DNA from: Clostridia bacterium
GTDB lineage: Bacteria; Bacillota; Clostridia; JBAXOJ01
Length of the DNA stretch: 44,902 nucleotides
Direction: 5' to 3'
Assembly: GCA_037133315.1 (NCBI GenBank)
Contig: JBAXOJ010000001.1
Location: forward strand, 1 to 44,902
Shown: positions 35,807-44,800 of the stretch, piece by piece
How the letters are laid out: each line of letters opens with the position of its first letter
How positions within the stretch are numbered: the first letter of the stretch is position 1
Program-made: the position numbers and the translations under genes
The notes under the pieces: model-generated
The model's input: the letters and a program-made list of their open reading frames with translations, nothing else
The model's database searches: none
Told to the model about the DNA's origin: nothing

Positions 35807-35871
35807 ATATTTTCTTTTTAGACAAAAGAATCTTCTATAAGTATTATACTATTGAATTTTCTATCAGTAAA
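35807..35871 (-). promoter_or_regulatory. Promoter plus 5'-UTR stem-loop of paralog 3
   Basis: The minus strand reads TTTACT (35871-35866), a 17-nt spacer, TATAAT (35848-35843), then AGATTCTTTTGTCTAAAAAGAAAATAT (35833-35807). Confidence 0.55.
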
Positions 35872-35958
35872 GTTTAATTTGAATAAATTTATTAAAAATT
35901 TTTACATATAATATACACAAAGATTGTATAAATAATATAAAAAAATCACAGAAAATTG

Positions 35959-35987
35959 TGGACATTTTACAATATAGCAAGTATAAT
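35959..35987 (+). promoter_or_regulatory. Promoter of the two-gene ABC permease operon
   Basis: TGGACA (35959-35964), a 17-nt spacer, then TATAAT (35982-35987). The small palindrome CACAGAAAATTGTG overlaps the -35 box. Confidence 0.5.
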
Positions 35988-36025
35988 TACCCGTAGAACA
36001 ATATTATTTGGCTGGAGGTATTATT

Positions 36026-37036
36026 TTGGAAACAAAAATCGTAAAGAAACCACGAAGAAAGAGTGTTGTTCGGCAAGCCACATTGCCTTTGCACTTGATG
36101 CTACTGCCCGGAATATTTCTCGTACTAGTTTTTAATTACTCTACTATGCTGGGAGTCATCATTGCTTTTCAAAAGTTTGACCCAATCAATTCTTCTGGCA
36201 CATCGCTTCTTTCAATCTTTTTTGATTCTCCATGGGCGAGTCACAATGGTTTTGGAAACTTTGTCAGTGTTGCAATGAACCAGGCGGCCATCAGTGCCAC
36301 AATCAACACAGTAACCATCGCTGTCATGAAAATCATTACCATGTTCTTTTCACCAATCATCCTGTCATTGATGTTGAATGAAATCAGAAAGCAAGCAGTT
36401 AAAGGTGCTATTCAAACAATTCTATACCTACCGCATTTTATTTCGTGGGTTATACTTGCCGGTATTGTCATTCAATTATTAAGCACGACGGGTATCATTA
36501 ATAATTTGTTTGCATATTTTCAGTATATCAATCCGCAAGCAAATTTAAATGATGCTGGCGCAACACTGATTGCATATAAGAGAATCGATTTTATACAAAG
36601 TCCCTCGATGTTTCAACCAATCATCATTATCTCGAATATTTGGAAAGAAATTGGATGGTCAACGATAATCTATCTTGCTGCTATCTCTGGCGTAGATCCT
36701 ACATTATATGAAGCTGCCGTGATGGATGGTGCGAACAAATTCAAACAAATGTGGCATATTACATTACCGGGGATGAAACCAATTATCATTCTTTTGCTGG
36801 TATTGTCGTTACAAGGTATTTTTAATGCTGGTTTCGACCAAATTTTTAACTTGTATAGTGTTGCAACATACTCCACAGGTGATATTATTGATACCTTTGT
36901 GTATCGTATTTCGTTTACTAACTCACAGTGGGCTTTGGGTGCTGCCGTCGGATTATTTAGAGCATTGATTTCATTAATATTGATTTCTGTCTCTTATGCC
37001 TTGGCGTATCGATTTGCTCAATATGAAATTTTTTAA
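36026..37036 (+). CDS. Carbohydrate ABC transporter permease, LplB/YteP-like (CUT1 family)
   Basis: It has six TM segments and the N-terminal pattern LMLLPGIFLVLVFNYSTMLGVIIAFQKF typical of LplB-type permeases. The EAA-loop region is EAAVMDGANKFKQMWHITLP. The start is probably the in-frame TTG at 36026, 7 nt after GGAGG; TTG at 36008 is an alternative. Confidence 0.85.
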   Translation: METKIVKKPRRKSVVRQATLPLHLMLLPGIFLVLVFNYSTMLGVIIAFQKFDPINSSGTSLLSIFFDSPWASHNGFGNFVSVAMNQAAISATINTVTIAVMKIITMFFSPIILSLMLNEIRKQAVKGAIQTILYLPHFISWVILAGIVIQLLSTTGIINNLFAYFQYINPQANLNDAGATLIAYKRIDFIQSPSMFQPIIIISNIWKEIGWSTIIYLAAISGVDPTLYEAAVMDGANKFKQMWHITLPGMKPIIILLLVLSLQGIFNAGFDQIFNLYSVATYSTGDIIDTFVYRISFTNSQWALGAAVGLFRALISLILISVSYALAYRFAQYEIF

Positions 37037-37048
37037 GGAGATGTCACA

Positions 37049-38071
37049 ATGTCTAAAGAATTAACCACACCTGAAATTGATGAAAAAGATTCAAAAAAGC
37101 AGTTGTCGAAAAGAAAGTTTTCTAAAATAAAAAGCAGTAACATCATTAAGAATTCAAAAGGGTATAAGGTGTTTTCCTTTTTTAATTATTCTTTTCTAAT
37201 CATCTTAGCGCTTCTGTGCTTGTTGCCATTGGTCCAGGTCTTAGCAACATCCTTTAGTAGCGGACTTGCTATCAAAGCGGGAAAAGTTATCCTTTGGCCA
37301 GTTGATAGTGGTATGGTCAATGGAGAACAAGTATTCTACCCGTTTCAATTTAACTTTGCTGCATATCAATACATGATTACAAAGGTCGCATTTTGGCAAG
37401 CGTTTTGGATTTCCGTTCAAAGAGTTGTATTTGGCACATCGTTAAGCATGTTTTTGATTGTGATTTGTTCTTATCCACTTTCACAAGATCAAAGAAAATT
37501 TTCAATGCGTTTGATCTATGTATGGTTTTTCTTTTTCTCCTCATTGTTTTCCGGTGGACTGATTCCTACTTTCTATATTGTCTATAAGACAGGATTCTTT
37601 GATACGTTGGCAGCCTTGATTGTACCTGGTGCTGTTCACGTATTCTCAATCATCTTGTTACTTAATTTCTTCAGGCAATTACCAAAGGAGTTAGATGAAG
37701 CTGCTTTTATGGATGGAGCAGGGCACTGGACGATCTTGTTTAAAATCTATTTGCCTACTTCACTACCAGCACTTGCCACAATTACGTTGTTTACGGTTGT
37801 TGGCTACTGGAATGAGTGGTTCTCTGCCATTATCTATATTAACAACAAATCCATTCTACCATTGGCAACCTATTTGCAGGAAATACTGATTAAGAAGGAT
37901 CCACAAGCGCTGAAACCGCCAGAAACGGGGCAAATTGGTGCGGAAGTAATTACAGAACAAAACATGATTGCAGCACAAATTTTCATCGGCGCTGCACCAA
38001 TTCTCATGATTTATCCATTTTTACAGAAATATTTTGCAAAGGGCATTGTGTTAGGTTCAGTAAAAGGATAA
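37049..38071 (+). CDS. Carbohydrate ABC transporter permease, LplC/YtcP-like (CUT1 family)
   Basis: The EAA loop is DEAAFMDGAGHWTILFKIYLP, with six TM segments. AAGGAG precedes the ATG at 37049. Confidence 0.85.
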   Translation: MSKELTTPEIDEKDSKKQLSKRKFSKIKSSNIIKNSKGYKVFSFFNYSFLIILALLCLLPLVQVLATSFSSGLAIKAGKVILWPVDSGMVNGEQVFYPFQFNFAAYQYMITKVAFWQAFWISVQRVVFGTSLSMFLIVICSYPLSQDQRKFSMRLIYVWFFFFSSLFSGGLIPTFYIVYKTGFFDTLAALIVPGAVHVFSIILLLNFFRQLPKELDEAAFMDGAGHWTILFKIYLPTSLPALATITLFTVVGYWNEWFSAIIYINNKSILPLATYLQEILIKKDPQALKPPETGQIGAEVITEQNMIAAQIFIGAAPILMIYPFLQKYFAKGIVLGSVKG

Positions 38072-38088
38072 TCGAATTTTCGTTTTGC

Positions 38089-38117
38089 ATGGACCGATGA
38101 ACTCATCGGTCCATTTG
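38089..38117 (+). terminator. Intrinsic terminator after the permease operon
   Basis: The 11-bp stem is ATGGACCGATG / CATCGGTCCAT with loop AACT, followed by TTTGT. The U-tract is short. Confidence 0.6.
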
Positions 38118-38151
38118 TATGAAAAAACATATATTTTTTGGAGGTAATAAA

Positions 38152-40032
38152 ATGAAAGAACAAGGAAACATTTCAATTCATGCGGAAAACATCTTCCCAA
38201 TTATCAAAAAGTGGTTGTATTCTGAAAAAGACATTTTTGTGAGAGAACTTGTTTCGAACGCCAGCGATGCAATCAACAAGTACAAGAAATTACTTGTGAT
38301 GGGTGATGCCAAACTGAGTGCAGAAGAAAGCGATCGAATTTGTGTCATCATTGACAAACCAAACAACACGATATCTTTTGAAGACACTGGACTTGGAATG
38401 ACTGCAGATGAAGTTAAGAAATATATCAATCAGATTGCTTTTTCTGGGGCTCAGGATTTTTTGGAAAAGTATGTTGACAAGACAGATGATGCGCAAATTA
38501 TCGGCCATTTCGGATTAGGGTTTTACTCGGCTTTTATGGTTTCAGAAAGGGTCGTCATTGATACATTGTCTTGGCAAGCAAAAGCAAAAGCGGTACGTTG
38601 GGAAAGCGATGGCGGAATGGAATTCCAAATCTCGGACTCCGAGCGCGCAACACGTGGAACGAAAGTGACGTTATTCCTCGCGGAAGATAGCAGAGAGTTT
38701 CTTGAAAAAGAGACCTTGAAATCAACATTAATTAAATATTTTGAGTTTTTACCCGTTGAAATTTATATTGAAGAAGTGGGAGCCGGAGAAGAAAGTCAAG
38801 AAGAAGAAGTTCCTCAATTAGAATTGATTAACGAGATCCATCCGATTTGGATGAAAAACCCGAAGGAATGCACGGATGAAGAATACAAGGAGTTTTACAA
38901 AAAGACATTTCATGATTTCAACGATCCGTTATTTTGGATTCATCTCAATCTTGACTATCCATTCAATTTGAAAGGCGTTTTGTTTTTCCCGAAATTAAAG
39001 CATGAATTTGAAAGCAGCGAAGGGAAAATCAAACTATACTATAATCAAGTGTTTGTTGCCGATAATGTGAAAGAAGTGATTCCCGAATTTCTGATGTTGT
39101 TAAAGGGATGTTTAGATTGTCCGGACTTGCCACTGAATGTCTCAAGAAGCTTTCTCCAGAATGATGGTACGATAAAAAAACTTGCGACTCACATCACGAA
39201 AAAGGTTTCTGACAAACTGAATACACTTTGTGATACGGAATTCGAAAGCTACCGAAAATATTGGGATGACATTAGTCCATTTGTGAAATATGGCTGTTTG
39301 AGAGATGAAAAGTTCTTTGAAGGTGTCAAAGATGTCGTTCTATTCAAGTCGATCAACGATCAATACAAGACATTAAAAGAAATTTCACCCGAGACAGAGG
39401 ATGCCCAGCAGACGATTTATTATGTTAGTCATCAGAAAAATCAGGCGCAGTATATTGCTACATTTAAAGAGCATAAATTGGAGGCATATGTCCTTGATTC
39501 GATGATTGATTCTCACTTCATTAGTTTTCTTGAAATGAAGGTCAAAGGACTTCACTTTAAAGGAATTGATGCAGACATCTCTGAATCATTGAAACACGAA
39601 GGAAAGGAACTAGATGAGGAGAAAGCCACAAAGCTAGTTGACTTTGTCAAGGGCTTGCTTGACGTTGATAGTGAAGCGTTCAAAAAGGAAAACGGAGAGG
39701 TCAAAGTCGCAGTCAAATCTCTGAAATCAAAAGGCATTCCTGCATTTTTGGAACAATCCGAAGAGTCGCGACGTTTTGCTGAAATGAGCAAGAACTTTGG
39801 TGGGATGGACATGGGAAACATGTTTCCACAGTCGGAGGTACTGGTCCTCAATTCGAATCATCCACTTGTGAAATCGTTGATAAAAATGAGCAAAGACCCA
39901 CAATCTACAGAAAAAGCAAAATTAATGGCAGGATATATTTATGACCTTGCCATATTGCAGACAAGGTCACTTTCGCCAGAGGCGATGAAACGCTTTATTG
40001 AGCGGAGTACAACGCTTTTACAGGGACATTAA
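38152..40032 (+). CDS. htpG: Molecular chaperone HtpG (Hsp90)
   Basis: The GHKL ATPase N-terminus has ELVSNASDA and GHFGLGFYSAF. The protein is 626 aa counted from the ATG at 38152, which is preceded by GGAGG. Confidence 0.93.
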   Translation: MKEQGNISIHAENIFPIIKKWLYSEKDIFVRELVSNASDAINKYKKLLVMGDAKLSAEESDRICVIIDKPNNTISFEDTGLGMTADEVKKYINQIAFSGAQDFLEKYVDKTDDAQIIGHFGLGFYSAFMVSERVVIDTLSWQAKAKAVRWESDGGMEFQISDSERATRGTKVTLFLAEDSREFLEKETLKSTLIKYFEFLPVEIYIEEVGAGEESQEEEVPQLELINEIHPIWMKNPKECTDEEYKEFYKKTFHDFNDPLFWIHLNLDYPFNLKGVLFFPKLKHEFESSEGKIKLYYNQVFVADNVKEVIPEFLMLLKGCLDCPDLPLNVSRSFLQNDGTIKKLATHITKKVSDKLNTLCDTEFESYRKYWDDISPFVKYGCLRDEKFFEGVKDVVLFKSINDQYKTLKEISPETEDAQQTIYYVSHQKNQAQYIATFKEHKLEAYVLDSMIDSHFISFLEMKVKGLHFKGIDADISESLKHEGKELDEEKATKLVDFVKGLLDVDSEAFKKENGEVKVAVKSLKSKGIPAFLEQSEESRRFAEMSKNFGGMDMGNMFPQSEVLVLNSNHPLVKSLIKMSKDPQSTEKAKLMAGYIYDLAILQTRSLSPEAMKRFIERSTTLLQGH

Positions 40033-41681
40033 TTGTCCCTTTCACGAATTTCTGTTCTGCGGATTTTCCCGCTGATGGTTTTAGGAAGTTCGGTCACAAA
40101 TTCAATGACGCGAGGATATTTATAGGGAGCCGTCTGCGTCTTGACGTGCTCCTGAATTTCGTGCATCAGTTCTTTGGAAGGCGTGTAGCCCTTTGCCAAA
40201 ACGATTGTTGCCTTGACTGCTTGGCCTCTCAAAGGGTCGGGGGTGCCTGTCACAGCACATTCTAGGACAGAAGGATGTTCCATAATGACGCTTTCCACTT
40301 CAAAAGGTCCTATGCGATAGCCAGAACTCTTGATGATGTCGTCGGCGCGGCCAACATACCAATAAAACCCGTCCTCATCTCGCGTTGCCATGTCGCCCGT
40401 ATGATATACGTTATCGTACCATGCGTTATCAGTCATTTCTTGGTCCTTAAAGTAACCGTGGAACATTCCGTATGGTACGCCGTTGTGCGTACGGATGGAA
40501 ATCTGTCCGACTTCGCCATCGTTGACGGTTTCGTTGTTTTCGTTCACGAGAGCAATATCAAAAAGGGGAGATGGTACACCCATCGAACCAGGCTTCGTAT
40601 CCATCCATCGGAAGGTAGCAAGTGCCAGCGTGGTTTCAGTTTGGCCGAATCCTTCCATTAACTTGAGGCCAGTGTTCTTTAGAAATTGCTGATAGACTTC
40701 TGCATTGAGGGCTTCGCCCGCAGTTGTCACATGTTCCAAAGAAGACAAATCAAATCTGGATAAATCCTCTTTGATTAAGAAGCGATAAATGGTTGGTGGC
40801 GCGCAGAAGGTGGCAATCTTGTATTTCTGGATCTTTTCCAGCATGTCATTTGCATTGAATCGATCAAAGTCAAATGCGAAAATCGGAGCTTCCATAATCC
40901 ATTGGCCGTAAATTTTCCCCCAAACGGATTTCGCCCAACCAGTCTCAGAGACCGTAAAGTGAAGCTTGCCAGGCTTTATGTTATGCCAATAAGCTGCCGT
41001 TGGGATGTGCCCGAGTGGATAAAAGAAATCAAGCAGGACCATTTTCGGCATGCCCGTCGTACCCGAGGAAAAGTAGAGTAGCATCGGGTCTGTTCCACAA
41101 GGATAATCTTCGCCCGTCGGTTTTATAAATGGTTTTGCTTTCGCGCATCCGTTCTCAAAAGAACCCCAGCCCGATTTCTCGCCCTTTACGATGATTTTAA
41201 TTTCTAGGGTAGGGCACGACTCCTGTGCCAAATCAACAAAATCAGAAATATCACCATCTGCAGTGCAGATTACTGCTTTCACATCAGCAGAATTCATGCG
41301 ATAAATCAAGTCTTTGACCAAGAGTTGGTTGGTTGCAGGGATTCCTACGGCACCAATCTTATGTAACCCATTGACAGCAAACCAGAATTGATAGTGTCTC
41401 TTTAAAATCATCAAGACAAAGTCGCCTTTTCGAATCCCTTGTTCGAGAAAAAAGGACGCAGCCTTATCGCTTTCTCTTTTCATATCAGAAAAAGTGAAGG
41501 TGTGTTCTTCCCCTGATTCGTTGCACCAGACCATTGCAACTGCGTTTGGCGTTGATTTTGCGAGTTGATCTACAACATCATATGCAAAATTGAAGGTATC
41601 GGGTGCGGTTAATTTGAATTCTGTCAATTCGCCCTTTTCATTGAATTTTTCATGAACATAACTAAGATACAATTGGCTCAT
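40029..41681 (-). CDS. AMP-forming acyl-CoA synthetase (medium-chain/ACSM-like adenylate-forming enzyme)
   Basis: The AMP-binding motifs are YFSSGTTGMPKMV, GYRIGPFEVES and ISGKIRR. GGAGG precedes the ATG at 41681. Confidence 0.85.
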   Translation of the reverse strand: MSQLYLSYVHEKFNEKGELTEFKLTAPDTFNFAYDVVDQLAKSTPNAVAMVWCNESGEEHTFTFSDMKRESDKAASFFLEQGIRKGDFVLMILKRHYQFWFAVNGLHKIGAVGIPATNQLLVKDLIYRMNSADVKAVICTADGDISDFVDLAQESCPTLEIKIIVKGEKSGWGSFENGCAKAKPFIKPTGEDYPCGTDPMLLYFSSGTTGMPKMVLLDFFYPLGHIPTAAYWHNIKPGKLHFTVSETGWAKSVWGKIYGQWIMEAPIFAFDFDRFNANDMLEKIQKYKIATFCAPPTIYRFLIKEDLSRFDLSSLEHVTTAGEALNAEVYQQFLKNTGLKLMEGFGQTETTLALATFRWMDTKPGSMGVPSPLFDIALVNENNETVNDGEVGQISIRTHNGVPYGMFHGYFKDQEMTDNAWYDNVYHTGDMATRDEDGFYWYVGRADDIIKSSGYRIGPFEVESVIMEHPSVLECAVTGTPDPLRGQAVKATIVLAKGYTPSKELMHEIQEHVKTQTAPYKYPRVIEFVTELPKTISGKIRRTEIRERDN

Positions 41682-41777
41682 TGCAATTCCTCCTTGTCTT
41701 TCGAACATGCGAAAGCAGTTTTCTTTCTTAATAATATATAGAAAATCAAACAAGTAATCAAGCCTTTCTCGAAATAA

Positions 41778-41806
41778 TTGTCATCACATCGCCTTTGTGG
41801 TAATAT
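41778..41806 (+). promoter_or_regulatory. Candidate promoter for purL
   Basis: TTGTCA (41778-41783), a 17-nt spacer, then TAATAT (41801-41806). Confidence 0.45.
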
Positions 41807-41844
41807 TCTACTATCGTATTTATTTGAAAGGAACGTGAAATTGC

Positions 41845-44800
41845 ATGCCGTTAGAGACACAAGTGAAGCGAGTTTTCGTAGTGAAGAAACCGGGTTTTGA
41901 CATCGAAGCAAAAGCCTTGTTAAAAGATTTAAAGGACAACTTAAATATCCGCGCGTTAGCAACGTTGGAAATCGTGATTCGATATGATGTAGAAGGCATT
42001 TCGGATGCGGATTATACAAAAGCAAAGCACACCATTTTTTCTGAGGAGACGGTTGATCTCGTGTTTGACGAAACATACCCCGCGCAAACTGTAAGCAGCA
42101 TGTTTGCGATTGAACTTTTGCCCGGCCAATATGACCAAAGAGCCGATTCTGCGACGCAATGCATCCAGATGTTAACCGAAGGGGAACGCCCGATTGTCAG
42201 AGCCGCGCGATTGATTGTATTGATGGGGGAACTTTCCAAGGATGAATTGACCCAGATCAAAGATTATATTATCAATCCGATTGACTCGCGCGAAGCGGAA
42301 CTTGCAAAGCCACATTCACTGGAATTGACGCTTGATGTTCCGGAGGACGTGGAGATTCTAGACGGATTCACATCTTTTTCACCAGTGCAACTTGCTACCT
42401 TTCTTAAAGAGATGGGGTTGGCGATGTCGTTTGAGGACTTGGCATTTACACAAACCTATTTCAGAGACGAAGAGGGACGAAATCCGTCGATCACAGAGAT
42501 TCGTATGCTGGATACCTATTGGTCAGATCATTGCCGGCATACAACGTTTTTGACGCATATTGCAAACTTAGAAATTGAAGCAGATCCATCGACAGAACCC
42601 ATTCAAGAGGCTTATGAGATGTATCTTAAGGCACGCGAGTCGGTATACGGTGCGCGCATTTCAAAAAAACCAGTCTGTCTCATGGATATGGCGACCATTG
42701 CCATGAAACACCTACGCCTACAAGGCAAACTGGATGATTTAGATGAATCGGAAGAAATTAATGCTTGCTCGATCGTGGTGAACGCGGAGATTGATGGAAA
42801 GCACGAGGACTGGCTCGTGATGTTCAAGAATGAAACCCACAATCATCCGACCGAAATTGAGCCGTTTGGTGGCGCTGCGACGTGCCTAGGCGGTGCGATT
42901 CGCGATCCGTTGTCCGGTCGTTCCTATGTCTATCAGGCGATGCGCGTCACAGGCAGTGGAGATCCTAGGAAAAAACTTTCAGAAACGTTGCCAGGCAAAC
43001 TGCCACAACGCAAGATTTCGACGGTAGCTGCGGCGGGTTATAGCTCATATGGAAATCAAATTGGCCTTGCCACAGGCAAAGTCGCCGAAATTTATGACGA
43101 AGGATATGTCGCAAAACGGATGGAAATTGGTGCTGTTGTCGGTGCCACGCCAAAAGCAAATGTCAGACGCGAACGTCCACAGGCAGGGGATCAGATTGTC
43201 TTACTTGGGGGTCGAACAGGTCGAGACGGATGCGGTGGCGCGACCGGTTCGTCAAAAGAGCATGATGAAGAATCTCTTGCAAGTTGTGGGGCAGAGGTGC
43301 AAAAAGGAAATCCTCCTACAGAACGCAAAATCCAGCGTTTGTTTCGAAATCCAGATGTCAGTCGCATGATCAAACGTTGCAATGACTTTGGTGCAGGAGG
43401 AATCTCCGTAGCAATCGGAGAACTTGCGGACGGGTTGGATATCAATCTCGATCTCGTACCAAAGAAATATGAAGGGCTCGATGGCACAGAACTTGCAATT
43501 TCTGAGTCACAGGAACGCATGGCAGTCGTATTGAGCGAGGAAGATGTCGCCAAATTCATCGCTGCAACCGCGGCAGAAAATCTTGAAGCGACCGTCGTCG
43601 CAACGGTGACGGATGACAACCGGCTACGAATGTCATGGCGCGGTATCTATATCGTCGATTTATGCAGAGATTTTATCAATACCAACGGCGTAGCACAGAA
43701 GGTCGATGTCAAGATTTCGAAGGTGATTGGCGCAATGCCAAACGCAAAGACGCACGACTTGCGAGCGCAGTGGATGCAAACGCTTTCTGACCTTAACGTC
43801 TGCTCTCAAAAAGGGCTGGGAGAACGCTTTGACAGTACGATAGGCGCTGGTACCGTTTTGATGCCATTTGGGGGCAAAACCCAACTCACACCTGCGGAAG
43901 GTATGGTTGCGAAATTACCGCTCCTGACTGGCGACACTACGACTGTGACGTTTATGGCGCATGGATTTCAAAAAGAAGTTTCGAAATGGAGTCCGTTTCA
44001 TGGCGCCGTTTTCGCGGTCATCGAATCGGTGACGCGCTTGGTCGCTATGGGAGCTGATTTTGAGAAGGTGCGATTGACGTTTCAGGAGTATTTTGAAAAA
44101 CTCGCAAAGAACCCTGAAAAATGGGGAAAACCTGCAGCTGCGTTGCTCGGCGCGATGTGGATCCAAGAAAAATTAGGCATCGCAGCGATTGGAGGAAAGG
44201 ACAGCATGTCTGGCACATTTAAGGACTTAGATGTACCACCGACACTCGTCTCTTTTGCACTTGCGCCTGGTCATATCAAGCAAGTTCGTACGAATCATTT
44301 AAAGAAAGCCGGTTCTAATCTCGTTCTCTTTCAACCAAGGTACCTGGAAAATGGTCTGCCCGATATTGATTCATTAATCGCTGTATATAGAACGGTAAAT
44401 CAGTGTAAAGTGTTATCTGCCGGCAGTGTCAAAACGGGTGGACTTGCCGCTTTGATCACAGAAATGGCCGTAGGCAATATGATTGGTGTAAAAATTATAG
44501 ATGAAGTAGTGGAACAGTTGTTTTCGATTTTAACAGGTTCACTGCTAGTGGAGATGGAAGCAGGTGCAGTCCCAAGTGGAGGTGTTCTCATCGGTACGAC
44601 GTTAGCGACGAGTGAAATCATCGTGAACGATGTTTCAATTTCATTAGAAGACTGTTTGGCTTCTTGGCTCACGCCGTTAGAGAAAATCTTTCCGACGATA
44701 GCCAATGAGCCAGAAATGGATGCTACCATTTCAACTTATGCGATTCGAAATCAGTCCCGTGCAAAACTTTCCGTTGCGCAGCCGCGTGTTTTCATTCCTG

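Noticed and set aside
41682-41844. Purine riboswitch or PurR box upstream of purL
   Set aside because: The predicted leader is only about 30 nt. The conserved riboswitch junction sequences (UAUAAU...GGAUAUGG...CCGUAAA) are not present.
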